From Sphagnum compactum (lineage: Eukaryota): a stretch of 64,000 bases of DNA. Where the stretch lies: positions 28,510,213 through 28,574,212 of the forward strand of contig OZ234493.1 of NCBI GenBank assembly GCA_965153455.1, in the 5' to 3' direction. The notes under the pieces were generated by a model, which saw nothing but the letters and a program-made list of their open reading frames with translations, was not told the DNA's origin and searched no databases. Below are positions 1 to 11,751 of this stretch, piece by piece. Numbering within the stretch: position 1 is the first letter of the stretch; each line of letters starts with the position of its first letter. The position numbers and the translations under genes were made by a program.

Positions 1-776
1 GGTTTTGCTCCTGCCCCGATTATTATGCGGGTTTCTTCAGAGTTTTTTCTGCGCCTACGTTCTAGTCTAGTAAACTATCATTGTTCTGTCCAGTCTCGGA
101 TTTCTTTTCCTAGTTCTCACTGGTCTGGCACCGCTCGTCTGCGATCCGAAGGTGGTAGCAACATTTTTGATATTTCCTCTTTCAGAACAATTTCCAGTTG
201 ATTTTTGGGGCTGCTTGTCACTAGTAGTTTTTGAGCTTCCATTACCGTTTGATCCTCGTGTGCAGCTTCATGCACTGTTCACTCTTCGTTAATTTCGCAG
301 CAATTTGCAAGAATTTCGTGAGCATCAGTCCCTGTACAGCGAGCCCCTGATGATGCGATTTTGGAGCTGGTCTGTGCTTGAAGCCTTTTGTCTGCTCCTT
401 AATTTTCCTCCATGCACCGGGGCGGGGCTTTGATGAGAGATCGGCTGTGTCCTGTAAGAAGATTGATCGCCGCTGGGGGCAGTAAGCTCATCCTTGCAGG
501 TTTCTGACCCGAGTCTCGATTTGCAGCAGTACGCTTTTCTGTTTGCCTCTAGCGGGGAGAAAAGAAGTTTGATCTTGAACAACGGCTGAAACAGGAGCAT
601 GAAACTTGTGGCAGCTTGTGGAAGCTCGCCTCCTCTCTCGTCGAACTCGGCGCGCCGTTTGCCCTCTCAAGAATTCAGAAATCAAGTACCGCAATCGGCA
701 AAGCTGGTGGCAGCACGGACACACAGGACACACACGCAGAGGAAAACAAAAGTGCGACAGAAGTGTTTTGGAGGAA

Positions 777-3700
777 ATGCAGCAGCAGCAGCAGCAAGAA
801 GATCATCACTACTCTGGCATGGACTCTTTCGTCATGTGTGGGAAATATGTCCGATACACAAATGAGCAAGTGGAGGCTCTGGAGCATGTGTACCACGAGT
901 GTCCCAAGCCAAGCTCCATACGCCGCCAGCAGCTCTTTAAGGATTGTCCCATCCTTGCACACATTGAGCCCAAACAGATCAAAGTCTGGTTCCAAAACCG
1001 CAGGTATGTATGTGTTGGGCATGTCCTCATCCCCCCCCCTCCCCCCCCCCCCCCCCCGGCCAGGCATGCATTCATTCAGACAGATTTCACAGTTTGCAGC
1101 AGATGATGATGATGTCCTGGTGCATGCATTCATTCATACACATAGATTTCACATTGCTGCCTTCAGCTACTAGAAAATATATATTATGCCTCCTCTGTTT
1201 GCAGGTGTCGGGAAAAGCAGCGACAGGAATCATCAAGGCTTCTGAGTGTGAATGCAAAATTGGCAGCTTCGAATAAGCTCCTGATGGAGGAGAATGAGCG
1301 GTTGTCAAAGCATTCTTTGCAACTCACTCTTGAAAATCACATACTATGCCAGGAGCTCCGACAAATGCCTGCTGCTAGTCTTGGTGGCATTCGTAACCAG
1401 CTTGATCAGGTGAGTGAAATTGCAGATATATATGAAAAGCTTGCATGAGTGGAGAAATGAAATGTGGTACCTGTACTAAGAAATTTAGCATTTTTATGTG
1501 CAAATCATGGGGTGCTGGTTGTTGTCTGTGTGCAGGCAGCTTTGGCCTCCACCGAAACCAGTTCTGATTCAGTGGTCTCTGGTGGTGGGCTGCATCCACA
1601 AGCCACTCCCCAACATTCTCCACGAGCCCCTAGCCCTGCTGCTGATGAGTTAGTCGTTTCTCTCACTGAGCTCCAGTAGGTTTTCTCTCCCGAAAATATG
1701 TGAATATCTTTCTGCTCTTAAACCCTGGATTTTTCTCATCATTATTCAATTTGTATATATTTTTTGTCTTCCCAAATCTGCAAGCTTCCTGTGGTGGAGC
1801 TTATTGCAGTTTGTTTTTTGGGGCAAAGTTCACTGCTTTCTACTGTAGCTCTTACTTTGCTATTGTATTTGCCCTTGTTGGGGATCTAGTATTCCATGTG
1901 CTTTGGATGTTTTGAAAGAGGCTGCCATCTTGATTCTGCACAGACCATCCTTTTATGGTCAAGTCATTAGCCATTGGGTGTCTCAGGCTAAAGACTAGAC
2001 GTGGTCTTTCATGACCAATTGTAGAGTTGGCATTCTATTTTGACAGCAGTGGGTGTGTGTTGGCAGACTGTTGTCAATTGCAGAGGAGACTGTAACAGAG
2101 TTTATTTCAAAGGCCACGGGAACTGCCATTGACTGGATTCAGTTACCGGGTATGAAGGTGTGTCATGATCCTCAATTGTCCTGCCAACAAATTACAAGTA
2201 CACCATCCCAAACTGGTGCTTGTTGGAGTTTTAGTGGTGTGCAGTCTTGTTTTTCTGGAATCAGGACAACTTGCATGTTTGTACATTGGTGTACTGAAAT
2301 GATGACGAGTAATGTTGGCATGTGCAGCCTGGTCCACATGCCATTGGCATTGTTGCTATTTCTCATGGTTGTCTGGGAGTTGCAGCGAGAGCTTGCAGCT
2401 TGGTGGGGCTAGAGCCCAGTAAGGTAATCTATGAGTTTTTTCATCTTAGTCTCCTTGAAACACATGCACCAAAGTTGTTGATCAGGAAGTGGGGATAAAA
2501 GTGTATGACTCCAAAGAAATGTTGTGAATCTTGTAGGTCCCACCCACACACTGCTTTTCAATGCTAATATCTGATCAATGCACAATATTGTCTCATTCTT
2601 GTTGAACAGGTTGCTGAGGTTTTGAAAGATAGGCCGTCGTGGCTCCCAGACTGCCATCGTTTAAGTATCTTAAGTTCTTTTACAACAGGGAATGGAGGAA
2701 CTGTGGAGCTCATATATACACAGGTCAACGAGACTCTGATCTGCTTGCTCTCATGTTTTCTTTGATCTCTCACCAAAGGCATCAAACTTTTATGAATTTG
2801 TAGATCTAATTTTGGATTTGTAGTTGTCTACAAGCTTCTTTTAATGTTGTATGCCAGTAATATGTCCCCAAGTTTCCAATCCCATTGTAACTTCTGTTGC
2901 TCATAACTCAGGCTGTGCCCTCTGCCTCTGTTTGATTCAGAACACCTGAATCCTATTGACAACTCCAAAATACTAATGTGGTTCTGGTAGACTTCACAAA
3001 TGTTTCAAGATGGCTACTAATGTTTCTTCTTGTGCATGTGTGTGCAGATGTATGCACCCACGACACTTGCTCCTCCACGGGACTTCTATACACTAAGATA
3101 CACTACTATCTTGGAAAACAGAAACATGGTGGTGGGTGATCAACACTATAGTCTCTTCTGCTGTGAGGTTCAGTCTATTTTATCTGACAGATGAGGAACT
3201 TCTGACTGGAATTGATTAGCACAGAAAGTGCCATGTCTAGTATGCAATTTCATGACAAAAGAAATTCAGTGGAGTGTCTTTCCCAGATTTGTGAGCGGTC
3301 TTTAAGTGGAGCACATGAGGGGCCAATGCTTCCTCCTGTTCAGTCTTTTGTGAGGGCAGAGATTTTACCCAGTGGTTACTTGATCCGTCCATGCGAGGGT
3401 GGAGGATGCATCATTCATATTGTTGACCACATGGACTTACAGGCATGTTTTAATCACCTATACCTTAGACCTCTGAACCCTAAATCCATAACTCACAATA
3501 CCAAACTTTTTCTCTGTGCTATTCTGTGACTTCCCTCCCCATGAACCTCTGATACACTACAAACTCTGTACTCGTACCACCTCACATCAGTTTGAACTGA
3601 GCTAGGCTAAAGACATCATCCAAAATAGAGTACATGTTACCTGTTGCTGGATATACCTAACCCAAAATGATCAGTCAGATGCTTCAGCATTTTTCTCTGA

Positions 3701-6700
3701 ATATTTGGCTCAATTGTCGCTGTCTTGTCTGCAGCCATGTAGTGTGCCAGAGGTACTGCGCCCCCTCTACAGGTCCTCAGCGATCCTTGCTCAAAAGACA
3801 ACAGTCCGGGTGAGTTTGATCCACATGAAATCCTACTGGAACATGGCAGTAAAGTTACAATTTCATATATTCTGATACTACGGTTTTTTTCTCTCTTTCT
3901 TTACCTTGGCAGGCTCTGAGACATCTGCAGGGACTAGCACAAGAAGCTAGTGGGGATAATCCCCCACAAAATGCTCAACAACCTGCTGCTCTTCGCACTC
4001 TTAGCCACCGCCTTTCTAGGTGTGTAATTTGGAAACCCAAGGAGATGAGGGAATTGAAATGGGAGGAAATCATGAACCAGGCTAGTATGACTGATTGAAA
4101 GTGAGAAGGCAAAGCAAAGGAGATGTCAAATGGTGATAGAACTTCATGTGTGCTACCTTATGTTGTAAGTCCACTGTGAATTGATCAAGTTTATCTTTTG
4201 GTGGGCTATCAGGGGATTCAATCAAGCAGTGAATGGATTTTTGGAAGATGGCTGGGCTGCAACAGTCAGTGATGATATGGATGATGTGACTGTGATGATT
4301 AATGAGTCTCCCACCACCAAATGTGGCCAGTTTGGTTCAGAACAGCTCCTCTGTACTCTTGGAGGAGGGATCTTGTGTGCCAAAGCATCCATGCTCCTGC
4401 AGGTTAGACCCGCTCTCTAAGATATTTTTTCTGTTCACTATACTCTTTTCTGGGTGTTTTCATATGCATCCTTCATGCTGTGTTATTTAACTTTAGGATG
4501 ACAATTCACTGCAGAATGTGCCTGCAGCCCTGCTGATACAATTTTTGCGGGAGCATCGGTCAGAGTGGGCTGATTGTGACATTGATGCTCATGCTGCTGC
4601 TGCTTTCCACAATACCACCCATAGTGACACTACTGGTCACTATCAATTGTCCCTCCCTTTGGCCAAATCCAGTGAGCAAGAAGAGGTCTTTGCCTTCACA
4701 TTCCTTTCCACTTTCACTGCATTGATTCATTTATTTCGAGATATGCAGTATTTTCCTTCTCTTTCTGCTTTGGAATTTCTGTACTTCATTGCAAAACCTC
4801 AACTTAGTGATAGGGCATGGGAAATCCGATTTGGGTGCATAGATTCTGGAGGTGATGAAACTTGAACAAAATGCAGGAGATGCAAATGGTATCCACTTGA
4901 GAGATAATTTTCTACTCCAAGTACGGTTTTTTTTTAATGTTGGGTTTCTGAAATCCTTTGCATTCTGTTACCCTCTGCTCTTTCAATTCTCAACATGAAG
5001 TTTAAATTCCTAATATTACATTCTTGTAGCAGGCCAACCAGTATATACTTCTATACTACATGTTGTTCATTTTCTTTCCTAGAACTGATCAAGATTGGGT
5101 TCATTGGGAACAACAGCTATGCAGTGGGATTGATAAAAATGCAGTTGGGGTGTGTTCCCAACTTGTATTTGCACCTGTTGATGTGACATTGTCTGATGAT
5201 GATCCTCTTCTACCATCTGGTTTCTGTGTGATCCCCCTTGACTGTCACATTGTTGTAAGCATATTCTCGAACCATACCTCATTTCCTCTTCTGAACTTCA
5301 ATTTTTTCACATTCCAAGGTGTGCTTTATATACTTGCTTGTACAGGTACAATGTAATCTTAACCTTGACAAGGTTCTTTCAGCTTGAATGAGGGTAGTAG
5401 TGAATTTTTGGAATAGCTAAGTCTCTGTGCTAGCCAACATGATGAAGGTGATGATCTGACATTTTGTGATTGAATCTCATAAGGTTATCACTGCACCCAT
5501 TCTTACCATGTTAGTCTTGGTTTTTCTTGGAACCAACTGACAGGAAGTTTACAGTATTTCAAACTGTTGTGGAGTTTTCTCTGCAATCTCATGGATAATG
5601 TGAAGATGTTGCAGGGTGGCTCAGGGTTATCACAGACCCATGATCTGGCTTCAACTCTTGAAGGAGGGCCAGAGGTTACTGGGCGTAGAACTCATGAGAC
5701 TGGAACAGTGTCGTCCAACCACTTGCGGTCTGTGCTAATGATAGCATTTCAGTTTGCTTATGAGGCACAAACCCGAGAAACATGTGCAGCTGTTGCCCAC
5801 CAGTATGTGTGCTCTGTGGTGGCTTCAGTTCAGGTACTTTTACACCTTCCAAGAAAACCACTGCTTCTCACCCCTGCCCACAACTATGCCAACCTATGTG
5901 ATCCATAACAGGCTGATGTAGTAGAGCTGTGGATCTGATCATTCTGAAAGGCAATGAATATATTATTAAGTAAGGGATGATGGCCGAGTCTCTGAGCTGC
6001 TCCAGTTGTTAACTGTGTTGTAATCTGATCTCCCCACTTTCCATTGGTCTTCATTCATCTTCTCCCTTTTGTCTGCTGTAATCTGTTTTTTCTTATTGAT
6101 GTGCCTCCTCTCTTGTTTTTTGCTTTTTTCCCTCAGTGTTTTCTCTATGTTTCCCCTGCTGTGGTGCAGTGTGCTAGCCAGTATCCTGGCTGAGTTTTCC
6201 CTTCCCATTGTTTCCAGACTTGCAACAGAAACTCAGCATGCATGCTAGTGGTTACATCTGACCTGTACCCACTGTAGGTGCTGATGAATTCAGTGGGTAA
6301 GTTGTGATAGATAAATCACTATGATACATGTTACTGTTGGTGGTACCTAAACAAGTGAGAGACTGTCTGTGTGCTATTCATACTGCTAGTCTTATTATTC
6401 TTTTCATTCTAGTTCTTCCCTTCTGGGTTTTTCTTCTTCCTGATTCTTCAGTTCTTTTCTGGGAGTCCTCGGATGACATAAAAAAGCAAAGATTTTTTAC
6501 CTGGTCTTGGTTTTCCTTTCACAAATGATGAGATTTCTTGATACTCATGAGAGTTATTTCCATTATGGCAGCGTGTTGCAATAGCATTGGCCCCTGCACA
6601 TCCAGCCCCCAGGCAGAGTCCTACCTCTGCCAATGCAGCTGTCCTTGCCCGACACGTCCTTCAAAGCTACAGGTATGATAGCTGACCTTGGAAGAATATA

Positions 6701-9294
6701 AGTTTCAGTGTTGTAACTGATTGGTCTTGTGAAGAGAGAAGGGCATTCTTTTAATCTGCCATCACCATGTAATGAGCTCTTTCTCTGCTCCTTCTCTTGT
6801 TGCCCCTTCAGCAAAAAAGCCAGTTGCATTGCATAGCAGCCACCTCTACCAACACAATGTGTAGAGTAAGGACCTTGAATAAGGCTGTCTCATGTGGGGT
6901 CCTCATTCCCAGAACAGCCCTGTTTGAGGTCCCTACTGGGCATAAAGAACCAGTAGAATTTTTCTTTCATCAATGGATGACTGTGAGACATTTGAGAGGA
7001 GAGGAGGCACCTTACTTAAGGTTGGAGCCTTATGCCTAAGGTGCTATCCTTCTGTTGAGGCAGAAATTTAGCTGAGGGTCAGGCACCTCCACATTGAAAA
7101 AATTCGACCATTTCCTTATGTCTAGATGCATCACTGCAGCATAGAGACATTGGGTACTTTATTTTCGCATATAGCATGACTTGATCATCTTAAATAAGAA
7201 GAATTCTATTTACAGTACTGAAGGATGTCTAGTCATGGAATTGAATAATAACTCAAAGCCAGTGTTATTACAATGGGATACTGTGTAGATCAATTGGCTG
7301 ATATTGCTTGTGACTGTACAGACTCAATTTGGGCATCGATCTAGTGGAAATAGATGCTGGAGATGATGACTCACAATTCAAAATCTTTTGGCAACACTCT
7401 GACGCCATTTTGTGTTGTGCCTGGAAGGTAGCCTCAATATCCTTAATTTTCAGAGAAGTCTTTTACAACTCTGTCTAAACCATCAACCTAAGGTAGGTAC
7501 ATGAACACTGTCCCAGAACAGAAGGTAGGTACACAGTCAAATCATACCACTGATTGTAGCACATTAAACTGCAGAATTTCGGATGTAGATGTTCTGGTGA
7601 CTGTCTGGTGGGTGGATGAACAATGCTATTTGCTTTGAACATTGCAGGGTTCATAGATTTAGAGTGACGTGTAGATACAAGGAGACTTATGAAAGGTCTG
7701 ATCTGAAGCCGCAGGGATTTCCACAGTTCTTATTTGCGAATCGAGCAGGTTTGAATATGTTGGAAACAACATCTGGGGCTTTACAAGATATGCTTTGGGA
7801 AAAGACACTGGATGAAGAAGGGCAGAAGACTATATATGCTGACTTCACCCAGGTCTTACAACAGGTAGGATTTTCCTAGCTCATTTCATAAAGAGATTTT
7901 GGAAAAATTTCCTTGAATTTTGAGTGTGCTTAATTGTGTGAAGCTGGCTAGAGCTCTCTTAGCATGCATTCACTGAGTGTGACACACTTGCACAACGTGG
8001 ATTATGCTCCCTTAACAGCTGGGTTTTGCTTTGTTTTTTAATGAAAAATATTTGAATTTTGTGTTATTGAAAATTTGCCAAATTTTTCTACAAAATTAGC
8101 AAAATTAGTCAAATTTACAATAAAAACAAACAATTGCAACCAATTTGTTTGTTGGAAAAAGGACAAAGTTTGTCAGAAAAAAGAACACTAATTAACTCCC
8201 TTCTTTTTTCAAGAATTCCAAATTTCTTTATGAAGAGTAAGGGACTGACATGTGGGGCCTCACAGCTTCTCACTTCTCACCCAAATTCACTCAGGCAGTA
8301 GCCCTTGTTCAGAGGACATAAACCTGTGAAGCTTCTTTGAGTGGGAGCCTTAGCCGACATTTCCTTCTTTTCATCACAGGCTAGACAACCTTTCCCCAGG
8401 TTCAGTTTCATTTTTAAATAATCCTTCAAATATTGGAACAAATTTATGTGAAAATATTAAGCTGAGGTGTTGCAAATGGTCATAATTATGGAAGGCTACA
8501 GTATGAATAAGTCCATTACTCGTATAACAATATTACAGTAAACCACTGTAGATCATGAAAAATACAATAATTCCAAATCTGAAAAAGGAATTGCTTTTTT
8601 GAAAGAAAATAATTATGTGTTTTGTCAACATGAACTCTAACCCTAGGCTACAGCATTGATCAGCAGTGACCCTGAAACCAAGTAGGTGATATATATGAGT
8701 ATGACAGACATGAACTGTGGACGACCTTAGGACACAGATCAGTGTACTGAAACCAACGCACATGCATATCTAATACCTAAAATTTTGTTCCTAATGTTTC
8801 ATGCTGCCTGAATTATCAGATGTCCTAGTGATTGCAGTATGAAACGGCTGATGAAAGCAATGAAATGACCATTGTGGGCGGGCATTCTCTTTTGCAAAAT
8901 GCCTCCACAAAGGGCGGCTTTGTAATTTGTAATTACCTATCGTACTGGCATGTCTCAATCATTACACTGGGTAATGCTCTGGCAGCAGCATATTACACCC
9001 TGGACAGACACCCTGGACCTCAGGCTCTGCCCTCTCTTCACAGTGTGTAATGCCCTTCTGTGTTAGGGGATTGCCTTAACACAATAGAGATCTGTCTCCC
9101 AAACTAACCACTTTATATACCCAAGAAAATGTGTGCTATTTCTACAGGGGTATGCATATCTACCTGCTGGTGTGCGTATTTCAAGTACGGGGCGGCGGGT
9201 GAATTATGACAAGGCACTCGCATGGAAAGTTGTGGCCAAGGATGACAGTATTCAGTGCATTGCTTTTCTGTTCATGAATTGGTCATTCAGTTGA
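777..9294 (+). CDS. Class III HD-ZIP transcription factor (homeodomain, leucine zipper, START, SAD, MEKHLA), 19 exons, about 855 aa, intact frame
   Basis: Exons 777-1003, 1205-1409, 1536-1648, 2067-2157, 2328-2423, 2610-2723, 3048-3131, 3287-3442, 3735-3809, 3913-4019, 4213-4402, 4515-4685, 4843-4920, 5117-5254, 5615-5833, 6572-6672, 7322-7427, 7715-7864, 9148-9294 sum to 2568 nt with no internal stop. Motifs GKYVRYT..QVEALE, IKVWFQNRRCREKQ, KATGTAIDWIQLPGMKPGP, MYAPTTLAP.RDF, LPSGYLIRPCEGGG, LCAKASMLLQNVP, FLREHRSEWAD, FANRAGLNMLETT, AWKV...CIAFLFMNWSF. Start could also be the in-frame ATG at 819. Confidence 0.95.
2147..2337 (+). promoter_or_regulatory. miR165/166 target site split by intron 4 (variant sequence)
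   Basis: Spliced sequence CGGGTATGAAG|CCTGGTCCAC (2147-2157 + 2328-2337) versus the complement of miR166, GGGGAATGAAGCCTGGTCCGA; 14-nt core identical. Confidence 0.85.
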
Positions 9295-10471
9295 GCTCTT
9301 TCCAGTCTCCAGTATGTAGGCTGTGGAACTCACAGAACAGGGAAGAAAATTTTATAAAGACGAATGCTAGGGAAAAACATCTGTACATCAATGGCAAGAA
9401 GAACCAGTTGAAATTTTGTATCATCACTTGGTCAATACACTACAGAGGTTGCCTCCAGGTCTTCATAAGCTATTGCTTAGGAAGTATTCAGAGATAATGC
9501 TGAGATCTACTGTCTTATTGTTGGAATTGCAGCAGTTTTAATGGCTGAGCTATATACTGTAGAGTGGGTCAGTGATGTGCACAGTAATGGAAGGTGCAGA
9601 GTCTGAATTTCAATGAATTGTGGGTTTACCAGTATTTCAAACCTCTTAAGTTGATAGGTTGTGTAACAAAGGCCTATGTAATAATAATGGTAAACAGTGA
9701 CCCCCCTCTTTGTGTCTTCTGTAATTTCAGGTGCCATTTGAGATCTGGGGGCATCAGCCTTGACCCTGAAGCACACAAAGAAAACATCAAGTTTGAGGTT
9801 TCTGCACTCTTCCATTTCTGATGGGTTCAACATGTGTAAGTACCTATACAGAAGTCAGAGAACTTTAGAATTACTGAGAAAATGCAATTTGATGTTGTTT
9901 AGTCGCTCACGACATGTGTGAGGAGAACTTTGTGGTTTCATCTATTACTATGTACACTATGTGGCATTTATTGTGGCATATGTTATACTAAAATGGCAAT
10001 TTGACATTAGGTAATGCCGCATATTACACATTGTTTGGGTTCGTTCAAAATGTGTAGAGATACAATTTTGCAATTACACATCAGTTGTAAGATTTTGCCA
10101 TTTGTGACTTCCATTTTGACTAGTGGACTTTTGTGCCATTGGTCCAAGTGCGATCATCTTCAAGGCTTAAGGGATAGAACTTTCAAAGAAAACCTCTTCA
10201 ACTAACTGCAGCTCACAAGATCCCTATATAATTCAGTGAATATGAAGAATAATAAGCCATACGAGTCAACAATGTTGCAGGGTCTACAATAATTGTGTTC
10301 CCAGTTTTCAGTTTTCTTATTCTGGTGTTTTGTGCAAGGATAACAGTAAAATTGTTCCATGATTTAATTTGATTTGTCCTGGTATGGATAATTGCACACA
10401 ATTGAAGATGGAAATTATGTGTTTTCAAGTGGCAATCTAACAGGGTGCTGAGAATTTGTGATGAGAATTTG

Positions 10472-10948
10472 TCTAGGGTAAATTGGCCGGTGACTGAACA
10501 CTTAGGCACTCAGGGCAGGCTGGATGCAAGGGGAGGGCTCCGAAGTTTTTGGTGTCCAAACAAAACTTGAATACTTCCTATTGGCGCATTTGACGCACTA
10601 AAAATCATCAGAAACGGAATAGAATTGAGAAAGTTGCAAGGGGTCAAAATGAAGAAAAGTGAAAAAAGATGCATATTGCAATTCGAAAAAATGTATTTTC
10701 TTTATAGCTCTCTTTTGTCTGGTCAGAAAAATGAAAAAAGATGCCTATTGCAATTCGAAAAAATGTATTTTCTTTATAGCTCTCTTTTCTGGTCCTTTGG
10801 CTTTGCATTTCAAAGATGAGTTGTAGAGCTTGAGAAGGTGCTCCTGTAACATTTTAAGTCACTCAAAATGGAGAAGAATTGAGAAAGATCTGCCAAAGTG
10901 TTCGGTCATCGGCAGGCAATTGGCCACGGGCCTGTTTTTACCCTAGAT
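10472..10948. mobile_element. Non-autonomous TIR DNA transposon (MITE-like) with an internal ~70-bp tandem duplication
   Basis: Left end tctagggtaaattggccggtgactgaacacttaggca is inverted relative to right end tgccaaagtgttcggtcatcggc...tttaccctaga; duplicated gaaaaaagatgc.tattgcaattcgaaaaaatgtattttctttatagctctctttt at ~10661 and ~10733. Confidence 0.7.
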
Positions 10949-11751
10949 AAAAATTGTTATCAGTGAATAAGTGACAAATTCTGCTGGAAACTGGCTTCTT
11001 GAGCAAAGTTGGAACGAACTGTGTGGCAGTCTGTACCACTCAATCTATATCTGTCAACTTTGGACTAGGTAACTGGCAAGAGCACTCAGGTTATCGTGAA
11101 TTGTCAAGGCACGCAAGTGCTGAGACTATACACACGAACTTTGACATGCTGAGACTATTCACAATAACCTGTGTGCTCGAGCTGGTAACCTATATAACCG
11201 GCTGGTTACCAGTTGTTGTGTGAGAGCAGTTAGCATACAGGTTATGCATAGAAGAGGTTGAGTTATGAGGTTTGGTTGGTATTAGGAAGGTATGAAACTG
11301 TCAAGATGCCAACAACATATGTGATATAATCGGGGAGCTCTTGTACAATCGCATGCTGCCATGTTAGTGAGAAACTCCTTACAATTACAATTGTTTCTCG
11401 AAATGTCTTTGCAAACAAAGAATTTCCTGAAATAAATTATCAAAAAGGATCATAGCTTTACTGTTATTGGCCCACCTCTCTCTCTTCTATACACAATCAA
11501 TCCAGAGCCTTCAAATTAACTGTTTTCAACAGGTCTGAAAAATACCCTACTGAAAGTTGGGGCAGGTGGCAGGAATCATGGGAAATACAATACACTACAA
11601 TGCAATACAAACTGTATTGTGTGTTCTGCTGTGTCTGGTTTTATTTTAAGTACAGAAAAATTAGAAAAACCCAAATGAATCCTGGACTCACAAGTTGGGG
11701 GCGTAGTTTTCTTCTCTCATGCTTGGACGATTAATGTCAACTCCAGAGAAT

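Noticed and set aside
606-776. N-terminal extension of the HD-ZIP ORF in the ORF track
   Set aside because: Begins at a non-ATG codon and has no recognisable homology; the first in-frame ATG is at 777.
777-5833. RNA editing as the explanation for the Arg->His/Cys/Gln changes
   Set aside because: It would need both U->C and A->G editing of a nuclear mRNA; strand-symmetric CpG deamination explains both classes more simply.
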